Shown here: positions 29,449 to 39,178 of the stretch, piece by piece
Position numbering within the stretch: position 1 is the first letter of the stretch
Layout of the letters: each line of letters starts with the position of its first letter
NCBI GenBank assembly: GCA_964617645.1
Contig: CAZTYE010000005.1
Coordinates: 73,350-137,349, forward strand
Direction: 5' to 3'
Source: an uncultured Ignavibacteria bacterium
GTDB taxonomy: Bacteria; Zixibacteria; MSB-5A5; CAIYYT01
DNA: 64,000 nt
Made by a program: the position numbers and the translations under genes
Notes under the pieces: generated by a model
Told to the model about the DNA's origin: nothing
The model's input: only the letters and a program-made list of their open reading frames with translations
The model's database searches: none

Positions 29449-31161
29449 GTGAGCACGCTCGATATCAAACAGAAAATCGCCGAACTGATCGCGCCTTCCG
29501 TCGGCATCGATGCCGCTGAGATCGTCTCATTCTTCGAGCTGCCCAAGGACACTTCCCACGGCGATTTGGCGCTGCCGTGTTTTCGATTCGCTAAGCAGCT
29601 CAAGAAAGCCCCGCCGGCGATCTCTGCCGAGTTACACAAATCGCATTTCACCGGGGCGCTGCCTACTGGTGTCGCTAAAGTCAATCCGGTTGGCGGCTAC
29701 TTGAACTTCTTCATCGAGACAAGCTCCATCGTCACCGACTCATTGCGGGCAGTGCTGAGGCAGGGTTCCGGTTTCGCCGCTACTGGCGAAGGCGTCGGCA
29801 AGACCGTTGTCGTCGAGTATTCGTCGGTCAACATCGCCAAGCCATTCGGCATCGGCCATCTGCGCACGACCGTCATCGGCGCGGCGTTGGCGCGGATTCA
29901 TGCCAAACTCGGCTACAATGTCATCCGCATCAACCACCTCGGCGATTGGGGCACACAATTCGGCAAAGTCATCGCCGGTTTCAAACGTTGGGGAAGCGAA
30001 TACGTCTTCACCGAGAAGCCGATCATGCGGCTCTACGAAATCTATGTTCGTTTCCACGCGGAGGCCGAGAAAGACCCCAGCCTTGAAGCCGAAGGGCGGG
30101 AGGAATTCCGCAAGCTCGAGCAGGGAGACCCGGAGAATCTCGATCTCTGGAAGCGCTTCATCGACTACAGCATGATCGACTTCAATCGCATCTACAATCT
30201 GCTGCATGTCGAGTTCGACTACAACACCGGCGAGTCGTTCTATCGCGACAAGATGGACGCCGTAATCGCGAAGCTTGAGGCCAGAGGGCTACTCAAGATT
30301 AGTCAAGGCGCGAGCGTCGTCGATCTCGAGGAGTTCGGCATGCCGCCTTGCCTGATCAGGCGCTCCGACGATGCCTCGCTTTACGCCACCCGCGATCTGA
30401 CTGCGCTTCTGTACCGCAAGGCGACGTTCAATTTCGCCAAGATGCTTTACGTCGTTGGTGCCGCGCAGGCACTGCACTTTCGCCAGTTTTTCAAAGTCGC
30501 TGAACTGATGGGCAACGACTGGATCAAAGAAGTCTTGCATATCGAATTCGGTTGGATCAAGTTTGACAATCAGATGATGTCCACCCGCCAGGGCACGATC
30601 ATATTCCTCGACGATGTCCTCGACGAAGCCCGCTTCCGCGCCAAAGCCGTGATCATGGAAGTCAATCCCGAGCTGCCCAACCTCGATTGGACTGCCGAGC
30701 GCATCGGCGTGGCGGCGATTATTTTTGGACAACTTCGCGTGCGGCGCAACAAGGACATCAACTTTGTCTGGGACGAAGCCCTCACTTTTCGCGGCGAAAC
30801 CGGCCCGTACCTGCAATACACTCACGCGCGGCTCACTTCGCTGATGCAAAAGTACGGCAAGTCACTGCCCGACCTCGATGCCGACTTCTCCGGCTTCGAT
30901 GACGAGGAGAAGCAGATCATCAAGCTTTTCGAACTCTACCCGCAGAAGCTCCGTCTCGTGACGGAACTCTATGAGACCAATATCCTCACCGACTACCTCA
31001 TCGACTTAGCCGGCGCCTTCAACAGCTACTGGCAGCGCATCCGCATCATCTCCGATGATGAGCGCCTGACCCGTGCCCGAATGCAAATGGCGTTTGCCGT
31101 CCGCACCATCATCGCCGACGGTCTCCGGTTGCTCGGTATCGAACCTTTGGAGCGAATGTAA
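29449..31161 (+). CDS. argS: Arginine–tRNA ligase
   Basis: 570 aa. Class I HIGH-type motif (NIAKPFGIGHLRTTVIG) and a C-terminal DALR-type anticodon-binding region. Confidence 0.9.
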   Translation: MSTLDIKQKIAELIAPSVGIDAAEIVSFFELPKDTSHGDLALPCFRFAKQLKKAPPAISAELHKSHFTGALPTGVAKVNPVGGYLNFFIETSSIVTDSLRAVLRQGSGFAATGEGVGKTVVVEYSSVNIAKPFGIGHLRTTVIGAALARIHAKLGYNVIRINHLGDWGTQFGKVIAGFKRWGSEYVFTEKPIMRLYEIYVRFHAEAEKDPSLEAEGREEFRKLEQGDPENLDLWKRFIDYSMIDFNRIYNLLHVEFDYNTGESFYRDKMDAVIAKLEARGLLKISQGASVVDLEEFGMPPCLIRRSDDASLYATRDLTALLYRKATFNFAKMLYVVGAAQALHFRQFFKVAELMGNDWIKEVLHIEFGWIKFDNQMMSTRQGTIIFLDDVLDEARFRAKAVIMEVNPELPNLDWTAERIGVAAIIFGQLRVRRNKDINFVWDEALTFRGETGPYLQYTHARLTSLMQKYGKSLPDLDADFSGFDDEEKQIIKLFELYPQKLRLVTELYETNILTDYLIDLAGAFNSYWQRIRIISDDERLTRARMQMAFAVRTIIADGLRLLGIEPLERM

Positions 31162-31163
31162 TC

Positions 31164-32486
31164 ATGAAACTCAGGCGTCCGCGCGAATATGAACTGGTCC
31201 TCGAACCGGTCACCGATCTTCAAACCGCGATTGCCGCAATGACCCTTGCGACTCTCAAGGCCACGCCCACGACACTGCGCAACATCGAACGCACCGCGCT
31301 GGTCGCCGCCTTCGAGCCGTTGCTCGAGTCGGGTGGCGCGCAGCTTGCTTGGGACGGCTTCACCGTAACCGTTTCCCGGCCTGAGCGCCGTCCGTTTCGC
31401 CTTCTACAACCGTTGCCGGCGCATGAGCACTGGTGCTACGCGCTGGTTCTGGCCGCGACTCAAATCGGGAGCGAGATCGTAGTGCCGAACGAGTTCGACG
31501 AGACATTACAGAATATCGTGCTCGCGCTGCGGCGCATGGGCGCGGAACTCGAGTTCACTCATGCGGATCAACCACGCTTGGTTGTTCATAAGGCGATTGA
31601 CCGCGGTATCAAATATCACTTCAAGCGCGAAAGCGCCAAGATCGCGGCGCCGGTGATCGTCGCCGCTGCGGCGCTGAGCACGGAATCGGAGTTCAACGAT
31701 CTTTTCGAATCGAACCGCCTCGACTACCTTTTCGAGTCATTGATATCGCGTTATCGCCGCGAGGATCTCACTAAGTCGAAAGTGGATGACGAACTTGAAC
31801 GGAGATTGCAGAGGCGGCAGCCGAAAGTCTCTGAATTCAAATCCCGCGTCGTTGTGCCCGGAGGCTTGTCGCCGGACGCTGCCGAAATCTCATTGCGTCC
31901 CGATGCTGAATTGGCCGCTTACTTGGCTGCTGCAGCTCTGAATCACCCGAAAGGGAAATTGGTCTTGCAGCGCGTTCACGTCGATGACCTGACTTCAACA
32001 CCATTATCGCAATTGCGCCGCATGGGCGCCGACATTCAGAGCCAGAAAGGCAGTGGTGGTTCGGACTTGACTGTCTCGCGCTCCGAGGTTAAATCCCGAA
32101 GCATTCACTACGATCAGTTACACGACTACCCCGACGCGATCGGCGCGCTGGCACTGGCCAACGCTCGCACCGACGGCACAGCGGTAGTCCGCTCTTCGCC
32201 GTTTAATACGCAGCGCGAAGAATCCCGTCGCAACCGCATCTGCGCGGCGATGCGCGCGCTCGGCGTCAAGGTCGCCGAAATCAGCGACGGCGTAGTAATC
32301 GAGGGCCGCAGCGAATTGTCCGGCCAGATCATCGATACCGGTGGCGACCCGATTTGCGAACTGATGGCCTTGGCCGCCGTTCTGGGGCCGGTGCGGGAAG
32401 TCGAAGTCGACTCCGTCGCCGGCGGCAAAGCGCGCTGGGGAGAAAACTTCTCTCGCGCCCTGAACTTGGTCGCCGCATCCGAATAG
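31164..32486 (+). CDS. Hypothetical protein with a divergent enolpyruvyl-transferase (EPSP synthase/MurA-like) fold
   Basis: LRRMGADIQ...GSGGSDLTVS...DYPDAIGALALANARTDGTAVV...DPICELMALAAVLGPVREVEVD parallels AroA LRxMGA...DHRIAMAFAVAGL. Confidence 0.4.
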   Translation: MKLRRPREYELVLEPVTDLQTAIAAMTLATLKATPTTLRNIERTALVAAFEPLLESGGAQLAWDGFTVTVSRPERRPFRLLQPLPAHEHWCYALVLAATQIGSEIVVPNEFDETLQNIVLALRRMGAELEFTHADQPRLVVHKAIDRGIKYHFKRESAKIAAPVIVAAAALSTESEFNDLFESNRLDYLFESLISRYRREDLTKSKVDDELERRLQRRQPKVSEFKSRVVVPGGLSPDAAEISLRPDAELAAYLAAAALNHPKGKLVLQRVHVDDLTSTPLSQLRRMGADIQSQKGSGGSDLTVSRSEVKSRSIHYDQLHDYPDAIGALALANARTDGTAVVRSSPFNTQREESRRNRICAAMRALGVKVAEISDGVVIEGRSELSGQIIDTGGDPICELMALAAVLGPVREVEVDSVAGGKARWGENFSRALNLVAASE

Positions 32487-32506
32487 TTGATTGCCGCCAC
32501 GAGCCC

Positions 32507-33865
32507 ATGACCGAGAACTTCATCAACATCACCGAAGGCTCAATCCCACGTCAAGTTATCCGGCTGGCCTGGCCGGCCGTAAGCGCCATGTTCTTGCGCA
32601 CGGCGCTCACCATCACTGATGCCATTTGGGTTGGTCGTCTCGGCGCCGAGCCGATGGCCTCGGTCATCAGTTCGATGTTCGTCATTTGGATTCTCTTTAG
32701 CCTGTTTGATATCGTCTGGACCGGCTCGGTCGCCGTCATCGCACGCTTTTACGGCGCCCGTCAATTCGACACCTGTTCTCACGCCGCAAGGCAGGCGGTG
32801 TTGATTGGCGTTGTTGGCGGATTCCTGATCGCGATCGTCGGATTCCTCACGGCGCGATGGACTTTCGAAATCATGCAGACTGCGGCTGTCGTCACCGACT
32901 ACGGCACGACCTATCTCCGCATCTTCTTCATCGGAGCGGTTCCGCTGGTACTGGAGGAACTTTTTGCTGCCATGTTTCGTGCCTCCGGCGATACCCGCAC
33001 ACCGCTGATGATTTCCGGGGCCATCACGGCGCTGAACATCGTCCTCGATCCGCTGCTGATCTTCGGCATCGGGCCGTTCCCGCGTCTTGAAGTTGCCGGC
33101 GCTGCCATTGCCACCGCGCTTGCCTATTTCGTCGGATTCCTGCTCTACCTCTGGGTGATCAAGCGCGGCCGACTCACGGTGAAATTCCGCTGGACGCGTG
33201 ATGTGCGCTTTGACATGAGCATGATCTGGCAAATGATCAGAATCGGTTCGCCGCTGGCCGCAGCCGGGGTGATTTTCTCGGTCGTCTATCTCTTCATGAA
33301 CCGCATCACGGCCACCTTCGGCACCGAGGCTGTCGCGGCGCTGGGAATCGGCAATCGCTGCGAGTCGCTCTCTTATCTCGGATGCTTTGGTTTCTCCATC
33401 GCCGTAGCCACCCTGGTCGGCCAGAATTTGGGCGCCGGCAAACCCGACCGCGCCGCCAAATCTGTTTGGTATGCGTTGCTTTTTACGGGCATATTCACCG
33501 CGATCATCTCGGCGGGATTCCTTACGATTCCGCGTCTGATCTCGTCTGCCTTCATTGATGATCCGAAGGTGATTCAGATCGCCGCCGATTATCTGATCAT
33601 TCTCGCGCTCTCGCAGGTGTTTATGGCGGTGGAGATCGTCCTGGAGGGCGCATTTTCCGGCGCCGGCGATACGTTGCCGGCCATGACCGTCTCCGTGCTC
33701 GGATCGTTTGCGCGCGTACCGCTCGCCGACTATATTTGCCACGATCTCGGCGTCGGCGTCAACGGCGTCTGGTGGTCGATCACGTTGACGACGATTGTGA
33801 AAGGCACGATTCTCATTATCTGGTTCAGTCGTGGCAAATGGAAACACAAGCAGCTCCATTCATGA
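32507..33865 (+). CDS. MATE-family efflux transporter
   Basis: ATG at 32507 (MTENFINITEGSIPRQVIRLAWPAV...). 12 TM helices. Confidence 0.8.
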   Translation: MTENFINITEGSIPRQVIRLAWPAVSAMFLRTALTITDAIWVGRLGAEPMASVISSMFVIWILFSLFDIVWTGSVAVIARFYGARQFDTCSHAARQAVLIGVVGGFLIAIVGFLTARWTFEIMQTAAVVTDYGTTYLRIFFIGAVPLVLEELFAAMFRASGDTRTPLMISGAITALNIVLDPLLIFGIGPFPRLEVAGAAIATALAYFVGFLLYLWVIKRGRLTVKFRWTRDVRFDMSMIWQMIRIGSPLAAAGVIFSVVYLFMNRITATFGTEAVAALGIGNRCESLSYLGCFGFSIAVATLVGQNLGAGKPDRAAKSVWYALLFTGIFTAIISAGFLTIPRLISSAFIDDPKVIQIAADYLIILALSQVFMAVEIVLEGAFSGAGDTLPAMTVSVLGSFARVPLADYICHDLGVGVNGVWWSITLTTIVKGTILIIWFSRGKWKHKQLHS

Positions 33866-33979
33866 CACCGTCCGTTTGCGACATAATACTAACCGCTCCG
33901 CAAATTGCGTATCCAACCGCGGGCGCGAATTTATTCGCGCAACGCGCCAAAGGCGCGTCCCTTAGTGAGGGGTAAACCG

Positions 33980-34918
33980 ATGCCTCGCGTCGCCTACATC
34001 ACTCATCCCGACTGCCTGCTCCACACCTGTGACGGCCACCCCGAACATGCCGGCCGCCTCAGCGCAATCGACCAAGCGATTCGCGAATCGGGGCTGATTT
34101 TCCAGATGATCGAACTCCAGTCGCGCCCGGCCAGCCTCGATCAACTGTGCCTGAACCACTCGCTGGATTACGTCGAGTCGATTTTGCATCTCAAGATCGA
34201 TGGGCTACGATTACTCGATGCCGACACTTACGTCAATCAACACTCGACCCGCGCCGCGTTGCTCGCTTACGGTGCGGGAATTCTGGCCGTCGAGAAAATC
34301 ATGCACGGCGATATCGACCGCGCTTTCTGCGCCGTGCGGCCGCCGGGGCATCATGCCGTCCCCGACCGCGCTATGGGCTTCTGCTTGTTTAACAACATCG
34401 CCGGGGCGGCCCGCTTAGCTCTTGAGTACGAGCTCGTCGAGCGCGTCGCGATACTCGACTTCGACGTTCACCACGGCAACGGCACGCAGGCCGCATTCTA
34501 CAACGACGGTCGCGTGCACTTTACCAGCCTGCACCAATTTCCGTATTATCCCGGCTCGGGCGGTGCCAACGAGCGTGGCGCCGGCGCCGGCAACAATCGT
34601 ACTCTTAACATCCCTCTCGAAGCCGGCACCGAAGGTCACAAAGCGCTCAAGCTCGCCGAAGAGATGTTCACCGCCGCAATGAACGACTTCAGGCCGAACC
34701 TGATTCTCATTTCCGCCGGCTTCGATGCCCACAAGGACGACCCGTTGGCGGCGCTTCGCTTTGACGATTCTGACTATTTCAAAATCACTCGCCTCATCGT
34801 CGACAATGCCAGGCGTCACTGTCAAGGGCGCGTGATCTCGTTTCTGGAGGGCGGCTACAATCTTGAAGCTCTGGCGCGATCCGCTTGCCAGCATGTGAAA
34901 GGACTGCTCGATGATTAG
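33980..34918 (+). CDS. Histone deacetylase-family protein (AcuC/AphA-like)
   Basis: ATG at 33980. HDAC motifs RPPGHHA, DFDVHHGNGTQ, YYPGSG. Confidence 0.8.
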   Translation: MPRVAYITHPDCLLHTCDGHPEHAGRLSAIDQAIRESGLIFQMIELQSRPASLDQLCLNHSLDYVESILHLKIDGLRLLDADTYVNQHSTRAALLAYGAGILAVEKIMHGDIDRAFCAVRPPGHHAVPDRAMGFCLFNNIAGAARLALEYELVERVAILDFDVHHGNGTQAAFYNDGRVHFTSLHQFPYYPGSGGANERGAGAGNNRTLNIPLEAGTEGHKALKLAEEMFTAAMNDFRPNLILISAGFDAHKDDPLAALRFDDSDYFKITRLIVDNARRHCQGRVISFLEGGYNLEALARSACQHVKGLLDD

Positions 34919-35684
34919 AAAATACTGCCGCGTCGAATTTCGCTCGCGCGCCTGCTGGGGTCTGGTCGACGGCGACATGATTCGTATGATTGAAGGCGAA
35001 CCCTACGGTACCCACGGTATTACTGCCGACCGCATGCCCCTCGCCGGGGCGCGACTACTTCCGCCGGTAACGCCGACCAAAATCGTTTGCGTCGGCCTGA
35101 ACTACGCCGATCACGTCAAAGAGAGCCAATCGGCCAAAGAAGTCCCCGCCGAGCCGGTCACCTTCATGAAGCCGCTCACCGCCCTGATCGGCCCTGAAGA
35201 CACAATCATCCTGCCGCGAGCGTCGCAGCGTGTCGACTACGAAGCTGAAATCGGCATCGTCATCGGCAAGGCTTGCAGAAAGGTCGCGCCTGAACGCGTA
35301 CCGGAACACATCTTCGGCGTCACCTGTGTCAACGATGTCACCGCCCGCGATCTACAGAAGAAGGATGTCCAATGGACGCGCGGGAAAGGCTTCGACACTT
35401 TCTGCCCGTGTGGGCCGTTCCTGATTTCAGGGCTGGATTACCTTGCGCTCAACGTGCAGTCGCGCTTGAACGGGGAAGTCCGGCAATCCGGCAATAGCCG
35501 TCAGATGATCTTCCCGATCCCAACCTTGATTAGCTTCATGAGTCATGTCATGACGCTCAACGTTGGCGATTTGATCGTAACCGGCACGCCTGAAGGCGTC
35601 GGTCCGATGGCCGATGGCGATGTTGTGGAAATCGAGGTCGAAGGCGTCGGCATCTTGCGAAACACCGCGCGACGCGAATCCTAA
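34911..35684 (+). CDS. Fumarylacetoacetate hydrolase (FAH)-family protein
   Basis: KIVCVGLNYADH...DYEAEIGIVIGK...GTPEGVG motifs. Overlaps the HDAC gene by 8 nt. Confidence 0.8.
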   Translation: MIRKYCRVEFRSRACWGLVDGDMIRMIEGEPYGTHGITADRMPLAGARLLPPVTPTKIVCVGLNYADHVKESQSAKEVPAEPVTFMKPLTALIGPEDTIILPRASQRVDYEAEIGIVIGKACRKVAPERVPEHIFGVTCVNDVTARDLQKKDVQWTRGKGFDTFCPCGPFLISGLDYLALNVQSRLNGEVRQSGNSRQMIFPIPTLISFMSHVMTLNVGDLIVTGTPEGVGPMADGDVVEIEVEGVGILRNTARRES

Positions 35685-35815
35685 TCGATCACCACCGAAC
35701 CACATCACAACCCCGCGACATTCACGCTGCAGGCTAACGGCGCCAATTCACTCGCATCGCGTAGCTCAATCATTTTCTCAATTGTCCAATCTCCTGCAAC
35801 ATATAATCTATTGCC

Positions 35816-38800
35816 ATGATGCGGCTTTGCCTCTGCGCCATCACAATGTCGATCTTGATGATCGACTCGCTCACTGCCGGCAAAATCCGCTTTGAGGGCG
35901 CCGATCAACTTCGTTCGCAGCAGACTGAGCAAGGCACGATCATCGAGTTCATCGGTAATGTGCGGATCGCGCGCGATTCCAGCGATCTCTATGCCGACTA
36001 TGCCGTTTGGTACGAAAGCCGCGAGTTCGTGCGCCTGATCGGCAACGTCTATCTGCGCCAGCCGGGACGCGAACTCAAAGCCGACAGTCTGCATTACGAC
36101 CAACGCAGCGAGATTGCCCGCGCCTGGAGCAACGTCATTGTGGAAGACCGTTTGCGCCACGTCCGCGTCACCGGTCGGCGCGCGATTCTCTTTGAGCGAG
36201 AGGAAATCGTCGTCGTTTCCGGCGAGCCGCGGCTGCTGATCGACTTCGACCAGCCAACGGTGCCGACCTCGATCGTAGCCGACACGATTCGTTTCTATTC
36301 CCAGTCCGAATCCGTCGAGGCCGTCGGAGCAGTCGATATTCGACAAGGCTCGTTGGAGGCGAAAGCTGATTCCGCCTTGATGGGGGTGAACGGCGCCGAA
36401 ATTGAACTCTTCGGCAACGTCCGCGCTGCGCAGCGCTCCAATGAGTTGCTGGGCAAACGCATGACTGTCCGTTCCGAGAACAAGGTCATTGAGCGCATCA
36501 AAGTCGGCGGCAGCGGGGAAGCGATCTACCGCCAGCCGGTTTTCATCGAAACCGACACCACCGTCTACAATCAAAGCCGACTGACCGCCGACAGCATTGA
36601 CTTCTTTTTCGTCAATGATCTCCTGCACTTGATCAAAGCCAAAGGCAACAGCTACGTATACTACACGCCGGCGCTTGAAGACACGACCGCTCGCGGCTCG
36701 AACACCGCCTCCGGCGACTCGACAATACTGCTGTTTGATGGCCAGGAATTGCGTGAAGTTACGGTCGTGACCTCGGCTGAAGGGAAATACCAAACCGTCG
36801 CCAAGCGCGACTCGCTCGGGCAGGTCGCCGCCTACGACACCATCGCTTACAAAGCGGACCGAATTCAGTTTCAGATCGCGGCTAACATGATTCGCTTGCG
36901 TACCGGTGCGCAGGTGAAGCAAGGAACGATCGTGCTTGACGCCGATCGCATCGATTACGATCTCAATCGCAAGGTCGTGTATGCTCACGCCCGCGACGAC
37001 ACTGCCCGCGGCCCGTACCAGCCGCTGACGCTCCGCGATGGCGCCGAAGCGCTTGATGGTGATGAACTGGTGTTCAACACCGCCGACCGGCGCGGCAAGA
37101 TCAAAAACAGCAAGACCAAACTCGAGCAGGCGTACTACTCGTCACAGGTGTTGCGCAAGGAGGAGGAAGGCGAATTCCTCGTTCGCGATGGCGTGTACAC
37201 CACGTGCGAATCACCGGAGCCACACTTCCATTTTCAGGCTCGAGACATGAAGCTGAAAACCGACGACCGCGTGATAGCCCGGCCGGTCGTGCTCTACATC
37301 GAAACCCTGCCCGTACTGGCGCTGCCGTACTTTGTATTCTCGATCAAGAAGGACCGCCACTCCGGCTTTCTTCCCTTGCAATTCGGCAACTTCGAACGCG
37401 GCAGCCGCTTCGTCAACAACATTGGCTATTATTGGGCAGTGAACGACTACTGGGACTTGAAAACTTCTATCGATGTCTCGGACTTCGGCCTCAAATTCAA
37501 CACCGGTGTCCGCTACGCCCTGCGCTATAAGCTGAGCGGCTCGCTCAGCGGCTCATACACTCGGGAAACCGAATTCGCCGATCGTCGCCGCGGCAGCAGT
37601 CGTCGTGGACAATTTTCGTTTTCGCACAGTCAAACGATTGATCCGACACTCTCGATTCAGGGAAGTGGCGCCTTCGTCTCCGACAGCCGCTACTTCAGCG
37701 ATTTTTCAACCGACTTGCAGAATCGCCTGCGGCGGCAGATCACGTCGAACATCGGCATTACCAAGCGCTGGGAGGGGCCGTCCTTGACCGCATCGGTCGA
37801 GCAGACCCGCGACCTTGATCTGCAGTCGCATTCTGAGCGATTGCCGTCTTTGCGCTTCTCGCTGCCGCAGCGGCCCGTGATCGGCAAACCAAAAGTGGAC
37901 ACCAATCGCCGTTGGTATCACGACCTGTATTATTCGTACTCTAATCAACTCCTCAACTCGCAGAGCAAGTCGATGCGAGATCTCCCGGATACCACGATTG
38001 ACGGCCGCGACACCGTGCGCAGCACGGCTACACGCAAGAAGTACGCGGTTTTTGAGCAAGCGGTCGGACTGAACGCGCCGGTGAAACTGGGCGGCGTCAT
38101 CACAACGGCTCCGTCGCTTTCAATCCGAGACTACTGGTATTACCTTCCCGAATCGGATCAAGCCGAAAGTTTTGGCGTCCAGACTAACTCGCTGCACTCG
38201 CGTCAAGTCTGGTCGGGTTCGGTTTCGCTGTCGACAAACCTCTACGGCGTCGTTGCGCCCAATATATTTTCGGTCACCGGCTTGCGCCACGTGTTCTCAC
38301 CTTCGGTCTCTTTCAACTACCAGCCGAAGATCGAACGCAACGCCGAGTTCGCGCGTTTCACGGGCTTTGGCGGTGCGGCTGCGGAGTCCAAATCCTTGGG
38401 CCTGCGCATCAACAACTCGCTGGCCATGAAGTATCTCAAAGACGGTAAAGAATCCAAGCTCGACCTCCTCAATTTCGACTTTTCGACGTCGTACAACTTC
38501 AAAGCAACGAGCCGCAAATGGGCCAATGTCGCCTCATCCATTCGCGCGCCGCAGATCAAGAAGTTGACGCTGCAGGCGTCCTTTACCCACGATCTCTATG
38601 AGCCTGTCTCCGGCAAGCTCCGCTGGTGGAGTCCCTATCTTCGCAACGTGTCAGTCTCAGCCGGATACTCCGGCGCGATCAAGCTGCCGATCGGAAATCC
38701 GAACTCGCTGCAAGTAGAGCTATCGCAACACCCGAGCACGATTCAGTACTCAATCGCCGAGCGCTTCAGTGAAAGTCGCGATATCAGCAGCCGGAAGTCG

Positions 38801-39088
38801 CTGTCGCATTGGATCGACTTTTCGCTCTCGTTTTCTCCGAGCAAGAACTGGCGCCTTCAGTATCGTCAGAACTACAATGTGCGCGGTAAGGAAGCAACCG
38901 ACATGCGGGTTGAATTGTATCGGGACTTGCATTGCTGGGAGGGCGTCTTCACCTGGATTCCCGACGGTTCGCTACAGGGATACTACTTCCGCATCAACGT
39001 CAAGCAACTTCCGGACATCAAGTTCGAGAAATCCGAATCCGGCATTCGCGACGCGCTCTTCGGCGGTTTCCAGGCGTTTCAACAGTGA
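35816..39088 (+). CDS. LptD/OstA-like outer-membrane protein
   Basis: 1090 aa. N-terminal OstA-like beta-jellyroll repeats (GNVRIARDSSDLYADYAVWY, GNVYLRQPGRELKADSLHYD), then a long beta-rich region with alternating hydrophobics. The antisense 427-aa ORF was rejected. Confidence 0.55.
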   Translation: MMRLCLCAITMSILMIDSLTAGKIRFEGADQLRSQQTEQGTIIEFIGNVRIARDSSDLYADYAVWYESREFVRLIGNVYLRQPGRELKADSLHYDQRSEIARAWSNVIVEDRLRHVRVTGRRAILFEREEIVVVSGEPRLLIDFDQPTVPTSIVADTIRFYSQSESVEAVGAVDIRQGSLEAKADSALMGVNGAEIELFGNVRAAQRSNELLGKRMTVRSENKVIERIKVGGSGEAIYRQPVFIETDTTVYNQSRLTADSIDFFFVNDLLHLIKAKGNSYVYYTPALEDTTARGSNTASGDSTILLFDGQELREVTVVTSAEGKYQTVAKRDSLGQVAAYDTIAYKADRIQFQIAANMIRLRTGAQVKQGTIVLDADRIDYDLNRKVVYAHARDDTARGPYQPLTLRDGAEALDGDELVFNTADRRGKIKNSKTKLEQAYYSSQVLRKEEEGEFLVRDGVYTTCESPEPHFHFQARDMKLKTDDRVIARPVVLYIETLPVLALPYFVFSIKKDRHSGFLPLQFGNFERGSRFVNNIGYYWAVNDYWDLKTSIDVSDFGLKFNTGVRYALRYKLSGSLSGSYTRETEFADRRRGSSRRGQFSFSHSQTIDPTLSIQGSGAFVSDSRYFSDFSTDLQNRLRRQITSNIGITKRWEGPSLTASVEQTRDLDLQSHSERLPSLRFSLPQRPVIGKPKVDTNRRWYHDLYYSYSNQLLNSQSKSMRDLPDTTIDGRDTVRSTATRKKYAVFEQAVGLNAPVKLGGVITTAPSLSIRDYWYYLPESDQAESFGVQTNSLHSRQVWSGSVSLSTNLYGVVAPNIFSVTGLRHVFSPSVSFNYQPKIERNAEFARFTGFGGAAAESKSLGLRINNSLAMKYLKDGKESKLDLLNFDFSTSYNFKATSRKWANVASSIRAPQIKKLTLQASFTHDLYEPVSGKLRWWSPYLRNVSVSAGYSGAIKLPIGNPNSLQVELSQHPSTIQYSIAERFSESRDISSRKSLSHWIDFSLSFSPSKNWRLQYRQNYNVRGKEATDMRVELYRDLHCWEGVFTWIPDGSLQGYYFRINVKQLPDIKFEKSESGIRDALFGGFQAFQQ

Positions 39089-39178
39089 TTTGAGGCGTCA
39101 AGACACAGTCGAGTGTTCGGAACAATTCACCGGAATGTTATTGTTGACGCCCTCTTGTTTGCAGGGTAAATTTTTCCT

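Noticed and set aside
32540-33859. 439-aa minus-strand ORF antisense to the MATE transporter
   Set aside because: Translation is dominated by R/D/E/G with no hydrophobic or catalytic pattern. The + strand frame gives a 12-TM MATE protein.
35705-36988. 427-aa minus-strand ORF overlapping the LptD-like gene
   Set aside because: It is antisense to a + strand ORF that has recognisable OstA-like domain repeats. Its own translation is Gly/Arg/Asp-rich low-complexity, typical of antisense frames in high-GC DNA.
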